From: Leptogorgia sarmentosa
Lineage: Eukaryota
Direction: 5' to 3'
DNA length: 64,000 bases
Assembly (NCBI GenBank): GCA_964658305.1
Contig: OZ210885.1
Span: 15,438,001 to 15,502,000 of the forward strand
Positions 25,901 to 35,604 of this stretch are shown here, in pieces; the stretch's first letter is position 1, and every line of letters begins with the position of its first letter. Under the pieces are notes generated by a model. That model worked only from the letters and a program-made list of their open reading frames with translations, was not told the origin of the DNA and made no database searches. A program made the position numbers and the translations under genes.

Positions 25901-26869
25901 ATCACGATATGCCATAGTACGCCAACGCCATTACGCCAGTAATTCATAAAATTTTTACTACGCCAACACGCCTAAAACTATGCGATCGTACGCCACTACG
26001 CCGAGCATTTATAAAGTCCGCGCCGAAGATCTTCGGCGTACGGGTCTTCAAATGCACCCTGGCTCGCATGCCGTGCCAATTAGATTATCTCTGATATTAC
26101 AGAATTTTTAGCGGACGTTGGCGGACGTTCGCGGACAGTGTTTAGTAGGACCCCACCTGAAAGTATAACAAGAAAAATAGACAAATCCAGTCTTGAACAT
26201 ATGTATGTACTGATGAGTAAAATAATCCTTGCCTCAAATATGTCTGGTTTTGGGATATAAAAAACATATAAGAATATAACAAATAATTCCTAATTAGATA
26301 TATGAGGGTACAATGCTGCAACTTCGAGTGTCAAGTGCACCTCATTGTCTGTTTACTCTGTCTTTACTCTTTATGTCTGACAATCCTGAATTAATATTAT
26401 ATGCACAATCATAGAAACAATAACAATAGAAGCTCGCGTCTGTTTAGTAGTTTAATTTAATTTAAAGTAATACATGAAACAAATTCAGAGATAACTGTAA
26501 AATACGTTTATTATCTGTACATATATATATCAGTCTTGTCAACAACAAGTCTTTTTATATCCTACTCAATTTACATAATACTAATTTACATAAACTATCA
26601 TGCTAAATGTGACATCTCCCGTTCTTTTTTTTTTCATGCATAGTTCAACTGCAGTTGACACAATGGACAGTGACAGCACTACCAACCTTGACCTGTTGTT
26701 CTGTAAGCATCGTACGGCTTGCACATTCTCGTATCACAGGTAAATTTTCTTTTTTTGTTGAACCCATATTCCTGTTGTCAAAGAAGAACTTCAGAATTGC
26801 CAACTTCTCTTCGTCAATTACTAAACGGCCTTCAATCGTATTGTTGTTTATACTAGGAGTAATTTCCAT
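7968..26869 (-). CDS. Multi-exon homeodomain-like + HMG-box + Tnp1/En-Spm-like protein (probable transposon accessory gene, partly decayed)
   Basis: Phase-compatible exons: 26869-26687 (..LTEQQVK), 17311-17191 ([25 protein letters not shown]), 16953-16781 ([25 protein letters not shown]), 10082-9938, ~9805-9740 (acceptor reads AC, not AG), 9280-~8400 (Ser-rich, frameshifted) and ~8213-7968 ([18 protein letters not shown]). Confidence 0.75.
10330..10957. repeat. Degenerate (TAGTG)n / (TGGAG)n(TAGAG)n pentanucleotide microsatellites
   Basis: Directly visible at ~10360-10500 and 10900-10957; similar repeats resume at 16527-16680 on the other side of the IS3EU element. Confidence 0.8.
11588..14139 (+). 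CDS. CUE-like + HECT-domain E3 ubiquitin ligase (G2E3-like), spliced; first exon not found
   Basis: Exons 11588-11691, 11940-12049 ([39 protein letters not shown]-like), 12148-12740 ([42 protein letters not shown]), 13098-13275, 13506-13703 and 13916-14139 ([29 protein letters not shown]). Catalytic Cys is present. Confidence 0.85.
14206..16238 (-). pseudogene. IS3EU-type DDE/integrase-core transposase, spliced and decayed
   Basis: [17 protein letters not shown] exon; [42 protein letters not shown]. The middle exon (~15080-15320) is frameshifted or deleted. Confidence 0.85.
18170..18590. repeat. ~130-bp direct repeat
   Basis: TGTTAGTTAGATTATAAT.ATATCCGCAATAAC...CACTTCATTCACT at ~18175 and ~18460. 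Confidence 0.8.
18842..19087 (+). CDS. PHD-finger ORF/exon
   Basis: [30 protein letters not shown] matches the C4HC3 PHD pattern. Confidence 0.75.
   Translation: MGRKNCKQIEYPCGTCDKDCEVGSPPAVFCGDCNLWYHAVCQQLTAEMMKALENDVVQDYVCKNCAQQDGEWEMCSRMLVQ
19508..20937 (+). pseudogene. MULE-like transposase with a frameshift and a deleted DDE core
   Basis: [28 protein letters not shown] and KPPSVILY jump directly to the C-terminal region containing [14 protein letters not shown] (catalytic E motif) and RALYGMGNF. Frameshift near 19980. Confidence 0.65.
21549..21652. repeat. Short palindromic-ended interspersed repeat
   Basis: Terminal inverted repeat AACAATTATT ... AATAATTGTT inside the hAT 3' region. 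Confidence 0.5.
21825..25172 (-). CDS. Uninterrupted ~1100-aa hAT-like transposase
   Basis: N-terminal C2H2-like motif ([12 protein letters not shown]), WATIDKAT (D1), GVAADGPY (D2), WDPAHILNL (CxxH-equivalent), [13 protein letters not shown] (E). The true start may be the M at ~25094. Confidence 0.8.
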   Translation of the reverse strand: MMVNNAVVIMVNELIVISNCLCSPVYMESPLTFLIENRTSKTIPRTSASFKTQDHEKREKNATASKRYSAWEWRKGVPVPEKKRNLGPTKAEKLREKYTCMECLKLSLLGKRDEKFASLCRNDTSSIKRHKERWHKEAESSKCTIVPSNAPEIQSLRKQDSKASRITNTSQEKNTKCGFNSVEEQPSAVSIEIMRRSNTKEDLDLFTQKEECGHSSEPSQPTTSKGKSQATLLAFKKTTEATVPTPSDTSLKDVVCAIEKLSLKVDQFGSQHTTLQQLVFEDDNVRANISVMREAKNIYELTDLSEFVEFFYDEVSETSVLRCLPCFRLHITAKPNLRRLSAFEAQRLICSSSNGTLGNGLFLDKRTTRQLIEGGNQTWYRQKKSCMDHLCLSGESSKVHKTAMETYQREKEMMKRKASATGNIFRAAITDLKLGAAARNFETMISFLACCGVDVGNIGHGRNKFSEILHCLEKTVNGKINDWLNQPLPSTQLPPHIWATIDKATPARITNQAVLVVGRNESGTPCPIPVDAPAVYKDFEQASYDVLAKLLLEAIENNFSKEVLSRLCGVAADGPYQAGGFRKQLMAILEIAEDGLESLALPVTWDPAHILNLAVVNVKDSETQAGDVFRRFVKRCNIFNSILANGKGFAFLQLVDKSARRPVPFACQRFASSSYDQWLKIENSYASFWKAFDLLNPVRDEEEELQYMIAGYDFVADLLAFLDIMQPVVDLMLRVQSLDTLIWKLKLWWPIVKAKLEKASRGDAAAYPRLEKAGRENIKPGYKYQQVTLLEGWLITKDQGKDALDKRFVWKEREIEEICKDHQSLALELEKSLNRRVLSVTSDSSLSILEVFDAATLVTLHCGVFSEGSVKLIASDGMYESYGVEECKAVLATASKMLHIKQSGMDFDPRLAHRYMSRIKEAIMAGIWTLLCPEWFMLQGADSIPLHPQDSKLVLFESINSDGLDVLFKMKFANGKEFDVRLHEQNVFKSFYANEEIYSIAKPPSCAIIDIVLSKGGPEAIAESYYSAMRAQQQSGGQSNETLARRTKLNWCLPSLKKCEPIIHESVQLYLHGDDELRPHRQRAFFSEKYCVSKVVDRIDSDLGRCPFLSKGNTD

Positions 26870-27559
26870 ATTAATGATTTTTATGATTTGTATAAATATT
26901 GATGACTGTTGGAAAGAGTGATCTACAAACAGCTTTGAATAGGTTCAGTAAGTCAAGTTATTTAATATACAGAAATTTAGAGAAAGACAAGTGCAAGGAA
27001 TCGATATGAAAATGAGTTTTAATATAGTGAACGAAGCGTATATCTAGCTTATCTCTCGAATTCACGCGCTATATGTACAAATTTCGCGCGCACATACAAC
27101 GCGCATTTAGAAGCATGAGACTGGTACATATAATAAGATTATTAGGCTTTGTTAGGTGTATTACACCTACATTAGTCGCTACTATGCGCCAATTACATTT
27201 CAATTGGATATGTTAATATGCGTATAATTACGGGTGTATCAGGTGTTATGATTGACAGATGACATAGGTGAGATGCAAAAATGTCTGCACATGCGCGCTA
27301 ACGTCACGCGTACGTACGAGGTTGCACGCGTACCACAATAAGATGCAGCATATTTCAGCTTTAAATAGAATACATTCAATCAAAGTGATGTTAAGTCCTT
27401 ATGCTGTTTGTTCACTTTGTTGTGCTTCCAAACGTTTGCGTTCAACTTCGTTTTGCATACAGTTCATCGCGTGGCAACAACGTTTAGCAATGTTTTGGAA
27501 GGTCCTCATTACTCCCTTTGAGGACCACAAACATAAAAGATATTAAAAAACTTTCGAAC

Positions 27560-28620
27560 CATCAACACAATCACAACTGTTCAACCACTTTACTTGGTGA
27601 CTGGTGAGTGTTATATTTGTTGAGTAGTTGTGATTGAGTTGGTAGTTCAAAAAATGTAAGCAAAAGTGGGATAACTAAGGTAGTGATTTTTGCAAAGCCA
27701 TTTGCCAAACGTTTAAATATGTAACATTTTAACTAAACAACTTAATGCCATCATTCACACACCACAATAAAGCCCTTAATGTGATGAATGTAGTAGTAGT
27801 TGAATGGTTGTAATTGAGCCCTTGGTTCAAAACATATGGGTTAAAATATTATGAATGCATGGCGATGTTCACAAGACCATAATACCATCCTGTAGAAATG
27901 TGTAAACTTTTAACTGAACAACTTAATGCCATCATTCATACACCAAAATAAAGCCCTTATTGTGGATGAATGTAGTAGTTGGTTGAATGATTGTAATTGA
28001 GCTCTTGGTTCAAAAGATATGGGTTAAAACATGTACATGATGTTGGTAAAATTTTAATGGTGCATGCTGGTATTTTTTTTTCAACTTTTCATCCCATATC
28101 TCAAAACACCATAATGTTTACATGGCTGAATCCCGACCACGCCCAATCATATGAGACAACCAACATATAGATCCTATTTACATCATAATGATGAACACTT
28201 TCACAATATATATATTCAAGAAAAAATGCGTGCATCATGGTGAAACGTTGTGACAGACATGGCAATGAATGCGCATGCGCCATAAATGCTCTTGTCTTAT
28301 ATATATATATTACAATACGTAATATATATATATTTACATGCTTTAATTTGATATATCGTTGGTTGGATAAACATGTTCTATTCATGAGTTATTAACAAAT
28401 TAATGAAAAATGTTGGCGGCTATATTGGATTTATGAATTTCTATAATTATACTACAATTTTGCTTATAACTTTGCAACGAAACGGTGCTAGACGGTGGTT
28501 CAAATATCATTACAATCGTCGTTTTACGCGCTTTAATTTGATATATCGTTCGTTGTATAAGCATGTTCTATTCATGAGTTATTAAGAAATTAATGGAAAT
28601 GTTGGCGGCCATATTGGATT
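27560..28620. repeat. Cluster of ~180-190-bp direct repeats
   Basis: AACTTAATGCCATCATTCA..GGTTCAAAA twice (~27740, ~27920); GCTTTAATTTGATATATCGTT..ATATTGGATTT twice (~28340, ~28530); 28102-28225 recurs at 28940-29060. Confidence 0.75.
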
Positions 28621-28766
28621 TTGAAATCTAATATGAATTACTATAAAACTGTTCATGCAATATCTCTTTTACCTTTACGTGAATACACTTCATGCTTTGC
28701 CACGTGAAAGTACATGTATTAGGCAAGGATTCTTGGTGGTTGCTGTAACTTATAAAGTTATATTAA

Positions 28767-29141
28767 GGTGGCTACGCGACGTTAAACATGGTCGTAAATG
28801 GTAATTTGACCTATTTTACCATGCGATATCTCTGTGGTTTTAGAGGCTACAGAGACGTAGTGAACATTTTATAGATGCCCAGACGCTGAAGAACAGAATG
28901 TGAGGGGAAAAATTTTTTTACTTCAAACGGAGCGTGGCAAAACACCATAATGTTTACATGGCTGAATCCCAACCACGCCCAGTCATATGAGACAACCAAC
29001 ATATAGATCCTATTTACATCATAATGATGAACACTTTCACAATATATATATTCAAGAAAAAGTAAGTGTATCATTGTCAAAAAGTAAGTGTATCATGGGG
29101 CAAAATCAAATTATGACCATGTTCAACTTCACATAGCCACC
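28767..29141. mobile_element. Kolobok-type MITE
   Basis: TTAA|GGTGGCTACGCGACGTTAAACATGGTC ... GACCATGTTCAACTTCACATAGCCACC|TTAA (27-bp imperfect TIR, TTAA TSD). Confidence 0.8.
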
Positions 29142-29858
29142 TTAATATACGTTCTAAAGTTCTGTAACTACGCCTAACCAGAGCCTACTGCATGTGCTTT
29201 GATGTGTCAAAGAACGAAGATCATACATTAGCCCTTTTCACATTAGAAGACGGACAAGTCGTCTTGACGAACAAATCGTCTGTCAGTTTGTTCGTCTAAT
29301 ATGAATTCTAGACCGACAAATCGACAACCATGATTTAGGGGCGGTTACAAAGTAAGAGCAACATGGCTGCCAATCGATTGTTTTTGAGCAGCCAGCTGTT
29401 GAAAATAAAACGTCCGCTTTGCAACCTAACGTCACAGAGAAGGTCAATGAAAGTACCTTCTCTTACAAAACAAAGAGGACTTACAATCTGTTAAGATAGT
29501 CATAGCAGCTATATTTGCAACAAAATGTGGGGAAAAAAGGAAAGGTTAACCCCTTTGCCGCTAAATTTTGGTCTTTTGTTGTTGTTTTTTGTTGTTTAAA
29601 ATGTTAAAGTCAAGAATGCAATGCACGTGTGGTAGTTCCATTCCTTTTGCGCCACCTCGCCAAGCATGGTTTCCATGGATAATGAAATTACTGGTAATGA
29701 AATTACATTTCGGATTTAAATATGAAAACATGCATCAAATCATGTATCATAAAATGAAACTGTCACAAAGTCTATGTAATTTTCTTCCGGACTTAGTTCA
29801 AGTTCTAAATTGTTTTAGTGTTAAATTAATTTTAATGGCTTGTTGCTTATTTATATTA

Positions 29859-32492
29859 CAGACATGCCAAGTCTCACGGTTTTACCGTGAGACTCACGAT
29901 TTTGACGTAAATCTCACAGTCGCACGATTTTCATACTAAATCTCACGATAAATAGAAATTTTAAGGGTTTAAATAAAATTGAAGATTTTAAACCTTTTAT
30001 AGCAGTAGAGCAAAGTCGCTATGTTGATTTTAGTAAAGTGATAACTTGCAGCCCTAAAATTCGGGTCTGTGGTCAGGCTGCAACAGGCCATAGTATTATC
30101 AATATGGCGTCAAAACGATGTGCAGACAACATAAACTCATCAAGTGACGAAGAAACAGAATCTGATGATGATCAGACCAGCTACGATGTTCCTAAAGCAA
30201 ATCCTTCGAAGGGCGCAGAAAAAGCACCGAAAGGAAAAGGTGCTGCTGTCTATAAAGTGGTTTATAAAGCCGAATGGGGTAAGGAGTTTCCAATTCAAGC
30301 AGTTCCCTGCAACAACCATAAATTCCGCTGCATTCCATGTGGTAAAGATATATCATGTCATCACCAAGGTCTGGGGGATGTAAAGGTTCACTGTGGTAGA
30401 GAAATACATAAGAAAAATGTAGTATTGTGGAAGCGACAGAAGACAATTACATTAAGTAAACCAAACAAAGATACCACTCTTTCAAAAAACGTTATCAAGG
30501 CCGAAGTAATCATTACAAACTTTCTTGTTCAACATAATTTACCCATAGCGACTGCTGATCATCTTGGACCTCTTTTCAAAGAGATCTTTCCTGACAGCGC
30601 TATTGCCTCATCATACTCCTGTGGTAGAACTAAAACTAGTGCTATTCTGAATGAAGCTCTTGCTCCTGAGTGCCACAGGTACGTTGTGGAACAATGTAAA
30701 ACACATCCTTATAGTGTTGGTACGGATGGTTCTAATGATACAGGGATAGCAAAGATGAACCCTGTAAGCATTAGAATTTTTGATATTAACAAATCCAAGA
30801 CTGTCACCAACCGTTTTTTTGACATGTGCTTGACAGAAGGAGAGGATGGAGCAAAAGCTTTTAAAATATTTGAAGCTATAGAAGAGAAATTCACCAGGGA
30901 TTCTATGCTATGGTCAAATTGTGTTAGTCTAAGCATTGACAATACAAACACAATGATTGGAGTCAATGATTCCGTAGCTTCACGTTTCCTTGAAAGAATC
31001 CTGAAATTTTTATTGCTGGATGTCCATGCCATCTAGCACATATTGCTGCCAGTCATGCCAATGATGGCTTCAGTGACATTTTGGGACTCAATGTTGAAGA
31101 TGTCTGTGTAGATTGTTTTTATTGGTTCGACAAAAGCTCAAAGAGGAAAGGCAAGCTTCTTGAATACTTTGAGTTTTGTAATCAAGATTATCAGGCTGTC
31201 TTAAAGCATCTGTCTGTCCGATGGTTGTCATTACAACGCTGCATGGAAAGAATTCTAAAAAAGTTTCCTAGTTTGAAGTCATACTTTTTAAGCGAAGATG
31301 CCACTGACCAGCGATTCCAAAGGTTGTTTCAGTGGTTTGGTAATCCATTGTTGGAACCTGCCTTGCTCTTTCAAACTGCAGTAATTTCATTGTTTACAGA
31401 TTTCAATCTCCTTCTGCAGAGAGATGAACCGACTATTCATGTGGTAAAGCCAGCAATGGAAAGCCTTGCAAGAAAACTTGCCAATCGAATTGTTCTTCCA
31501 AGCATGATGAAAGATGTTAACTCGGCTTTGGAACTAGACCTTGATGATGAAAGTATCTTTAAGCAAAAAGAAACAATATTCGTAGGAGGCACCACAAAGT
31601 TTACGCTCAACAGATTACGCAACAATGGCATCATCAGTGAAGCAAGCTACAAGAAAGTACACTTAGCAGCTCATCATTATTTCAAAAGTTCTTTGAAATA
31701 TATACTGAATAAATTTCCAATTAACAGTGATGTCTTTTGCAATGCTGTCTGGGTGAATGTACCATCACGACATGAAGCCACCTGGGAAAGTGTAGAATTC
31801 TTTCTGGAGAAATTTTCATCACTCACTTCGATCCAGAATATCAATTTTGACAGTCTATACGAAGAGTTCGTAGATTATCAGACCATTTCAAATGATTCTA
31901 TTGGTGAAAGTGTATGGCAAGAAGCAAAAGTTATTGATGGCAAAGATGAAGATAGAAATGAGAAGGTACATTATCGAATTGACATTCTGTGGTGGCACCT
32001 AGCCCAGAAGCGGTTCAAACACCTACCAAAGGTTGCAGAGATCGTTCTCGTCATTCCCCATAGCAATGCTGAACAGGAGAGACTTTTTAGTATTGTGCGG
32101 AAGAATAAAACATCAAGCCGATCCAACCTTCAACTCCATGGCACCTTATCCAGTATTTTGGCAGTGAAATCCCAGTACCCAGAATCATCTACACCATGCC
32201 ATAAATGGAAGCCTGGCGATCAGTTGCTTAAGGATTCAAAGAAAGCAACCATGAATTATAATAAGAAGCATCAGCAGGACACTGACAATGATTCCGAGTA
32301 AATGATTTACTTGTCTTTGTGAGAACAAACTTTGTGAACATTGTTGAAATTATGTTTTAACTGAAGTTATAATACTATGCAAACTCAACTGTGTATTTTA
32401 CTTGTCTCACTATTTTTACCTTTTTCTCACTATATTTTGGGAAAGAAAAAATGAGTCTCACTATATTTACTTGCTAGAGGTTGGCATGTCTG
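29859..32492. mobile_element. hAT transposon with a probable 6-bp TSD (hAT6-like)
   Basis: TIR CAGACATGCCAA / TTGGCATGTCTG; flanks ATATTA / ACATTA (5/6 match); no 8-bp duplication. Confidence 0.8.
30104..32301 (+). pseudogene. hAT transposase with one frameshift (~30995)
   Basis: Zn finger CIPCGKDISCHHQGLGDVKVH, SCGRTK, TDGSND, SIDNT, (C)PCHLAH after the shift, SVRWLSL, IPHSNAEQERLFS. Confidence 0.9.
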
Positions 32493-32548
32493 ACATTACC
32501 TTCCTTTTAATCATCTCATTTGGTGATCATGTTTATTTATATAGTAGA

Positions 32549-33047
32549 TGAAAATGACACCAGCAGCAACGGTGATGACAATGGTGCTGACTCTGATAAA
32601 GGTGATGATGTTGATGCTCATTATGTTGAAGAAGAAGAGAAGCAAGACGAAAAAGAGATTGCATTAGATAAAGAGAAGAAAGGAATATTTAAGAGCAAGA
32701 AAATAGGAAAGACCAAACTGGAAAAGTCGATTGAGTTGCTAAGTGAAAGTTTTACAAATGCATCAAAAAGAGAGGCTGACATGATGACGCAACTTGAAGA
32801 AAAACGGCACAAACAGATGTTGGACCATGAGCTAAGGATGAAAGAACTTGATAATGAGAGACGGCGGGAAGAGAGAAACCATGAGATGCTGTTGCTTCAA
32901 ATGATGTGCAACAATAGAAATTATAGTAATTCTCAAGGAGAAGTAAGTTTCAGTAACAGTGCTATGTACACAACTCCTCCAGTTATGCAGTACATGCCAT
33001 CAGAGGGTAACAATAATGATATTGGCAATACCTATTTTAAATTGTGA
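32549..33047 (+). CDS. Terminal exon of a Harbinger second ORF (acidic + coiled coil, typical of the Myb/SANT partner C-terminus)
   Basis: Follows the acceptor ATAGTAG; encodes KTKLEKSIELL..LEEKRHKQ..ERRREERNHEMLLLQMM; converges on the Harbinger transposase. A Myb/SANT exon itself was not found. Confidence 0.55.
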
Positions 33048-33189
33048 CAATTCTGCTACATTCCATTGTTTTGGTTTGTATGATAAGTGACACAACGAAG
33101 TTTTTTATATTGTTCTTCTTAAAAGAGTAAGCTTATTAAGTTTTATATTGTTAACATAAAACAACGTTTTAAGATGATGGTTTGTGTGT

Positions 33190-34455
33190 TCATTGTCCTC
33201 CAATTCCAAGGTTTCTACCTTCTTCATTTAGGAAATATTCTGCAAGTGTATCACAAATGATAGATGCATCACTTTCATGATCTCGCCCTTGTACCCCAAT
33301 ATTATCTGGCTGATTAGTTTCCTCTCTTACATCAAGCCATTCTTGCAAGAAATCATCTCGCCTCAATTCACAAACGTTATAGACCACACAAGAAGCTGCG
33401 ACGATGTACGTTGCAGACTCTACTGCCATATCAACACGTTTAAGAAATCTTCAAAAACGTCCCTTGCACCTTCCGAAAGTATTTTCAACGGTCATTCGCG
33501 CCCTGCTGAGCCTTTAATTGAAATTGCGCTGCCAACGAGGTGTATCTGCGTTTTCGGGGTAGGCTTTCATAAGCCATTCCAACAGAGGGTAGGCAGGGTC
33601 TCCAAGTAATACTGGACTGATATCAACACCAAAAATGGTTTGATCCATATTTTCTTCGAAAAGTTTCTTTTGAACACCCAAGTTATAGAGTTCTGAATTA
33701 AAAAGAACACATGCGTCATGGACGCTCCCTGGCCAACCCACCACTATATCACGAAAGAGGTAACGACAATCGATGACTGCCTGCATAACAATGCTATGGT
33801 AGCTCTTCCTGTTAACGTAATCCGTATGATTTTCCTTCGGAGCTTGGATAGCAATATGAGTTCCATCAATCGCACCAGCACATGCAGGGAAACCCCATCT
33901 CAACTTATAAAGTCTCATAACTTCTCTCAAATCTTGGCCTTTAGGTATTGATAAAAAGCGCGGTTTCAGTTTTTTTAATATTGCCATACATACGTCTTTT
34001 ATACAGAGACAAACAAATGCGGTGGAAACCCCAAATAAATTTGCCACTGTTCTGTATTCTGATGTTGAACCAATGTAATAAAGTGTAATTGCCAGGCGTT
34101 TTTGTGGGGAAATTGCATGCCGTAGCTTTGTATTTTTTCGCGTAATATCACCTGTAATTTCTGATAGAATATAGTTGAAGGTGTCTTTGGAAATGCGGAA
34201 GTTTACATACCATTCTTTCTGCGGTAGACTCGTTAAAACAATGTCAAACCAGTGATTACTTTGAGGAAGCATCCAAACTGACCGGTCGATCGGAGGATTG
34301 AGAATTGCAAATATGGCCATGATTAACTGCATTCGTTTTATATGACTTCGCCTATATCTTCTGATGTTTGAATGACTGCTGAGCATCTTTTCTGTTAGTG
34401 GCAGTGAACTTCTTCTGGACGATACTAAGCACTTTAAAAATATTGGATCCGCCAC
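33190..34455 (-). pseudogene. Harbinger (HARBI1-like) DDE transposase
   Basis: NFRISKDTF, GFPACAGAIDGTHI, YVNRKSYHS, GWPGSVHD, LLGDPAYPL, RMTVENTFG. In-frame stops at ~33514 and ~33450; start codon reads GTG. Confidence 0.92.
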
Positions 34456-35470
34456 GTTGTTTAAAAAACGTGGAATATCGCGCCAAAAATAAATTTATGC
34501 TAGCAGTACCAGAACCATTTTTATCCGAACCGCACTAATTTTTTTGTCTAATGTAAACGGGCCTGTTTAGCAGTACCAGAACCATTTTTATCCGAACCGT
34601 ACCAAAAATTTTCCGTAATGTAAATGGGCCTTTTGTTTACAGTCTTCGATCATGAAAACCAAAACCAGTTTTATAAAGGCACAAGAGCACTGATGAAACA
34701 TGGCCACCAGTTTCCTGAACAATAACTTCGATGCCACCAGCTCATCGACTGAAGTTGAAAGTGATGGTTGCTCATCAATTCAACAGCACAGTAGCGAGGA
34801 AGAAGATACAATAGTTGTTTCAAGCCAATACGCGCCGTATGCAGATGAGCCTCTCACTCCAAGTTCAAACTGTGACGATGACGGTGATACTCATGCAGAT
34901 TTATACGATAACGAAAGACAAGATTTAGATGGACTGACACCCGAAACACTGGCTGCTCGTCAAGATGGGGACATTTGCCTTGATTCTTGGTAAGTCCGTT
35001 TAACAATTTCAAGTTTCGGCGAAGCAACAAGTTCGTAGTTATAATCTTTGGTTATGTCTACAGGTGCAAATGCGAGCACTGTCGCACACAAAACGTCGTT
35101 GGGGCAACAGAATATCGTTGCTGTAGAGAGGTTGTGGACGCCTGGGGAAAATATGAAGTGAAATCGTGGACAAAATATTCGACTCGTCGAGTTGTGTCTC
35201 CGAGTATCAAATCGACTGGTCCACTGTCGCGTTCGACTCGTCAATAATTACATTATACACACATTACTGTTCGTTCTCCACTTACCAATGTGCATCAAGG
35301 TTAGTATTAGGGTTGCGCATATATTGAGAAATAATGTCAATGGGCAACTTGCACTTAAGGTTAAAGTTGCTCCCTACACTTTACAGTATAGAAATGTAGA
35401 AAATGCATCGAGTAGATAAACTCTTTGAGAAGATAGTGCTTTTTAAAAATCGAAGTTTGTATATAATGTA

Positions 35471-35604
35471 CTGTATTCTCTCTATTTAGCCCCCCCCCCC
35501 TCTCAAATAAGCCCCCCCCCTCTCAATTAAGCCCCCCTCTAAAGGTCCTGAAATGAATAAGCCACCCCCCCCCCCCCCCAGGGGGCTAAATAGAAAGAAT
35601 AAGG
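35471..35604. mobile_element. Tc1/mariner-pogo-type MITE
   Basis: TA|CTGTATTCTCTCTATTTAGCCCCC ... GGGGGCTAAATAGAAAGAATAAGG|TA; a related end occurs at ~41344. Confidence 0.65.

Larger units (their letters stand above)
21255..26062. mobile_element. Divergent hAT-superfamily transposon, apparently full length
   Basis: TIR CCAGGGTGCATTT / AAATGCACCCTGG; perfect 8-bp TSD CTCGCATG (21247-21254 and 26063-26070); subterminal TACGCC repeats at both ends. Confidence 0.9.
17651..26153. mobile_element. Mutator/MuDR-like element (PHD finger + transposase), internally deleted
   Basis: TIR GGTCCTACTAAACAC(C/T)GTCCGCG at 17652 and reverse complement at ~26130-26152. The TSD is not clean (TTACTGAA vs CACCTGAA). 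Confidence 0.7.
29230..34630. mobile_element. PIF/Harbinger element remnant (left boundary uncertain)
   Basis: Left end AGCCCTTTTCACATTAG; right end TAATGTAAA(C/T)GGGCC, present twice in tandem (34501-34563 and 34568-34630). Contains a HARBI1-like transposase and a convergent coiled-coil exon. Confidence 0.65.

Noticed and set aside
27560..28620. Possible CRISPR-like repeat-spacer array
   Set aside because: Units are long (~180 bp), degenerate and two-copy; the context is eukaryotic and no cas genes are present.
33190..34455. Host HARBI1 gene
   Set aside because: In-frame stops, an adjacent TIR and a partner exon indicate a transposon copy, so no gene symbol was assigned.
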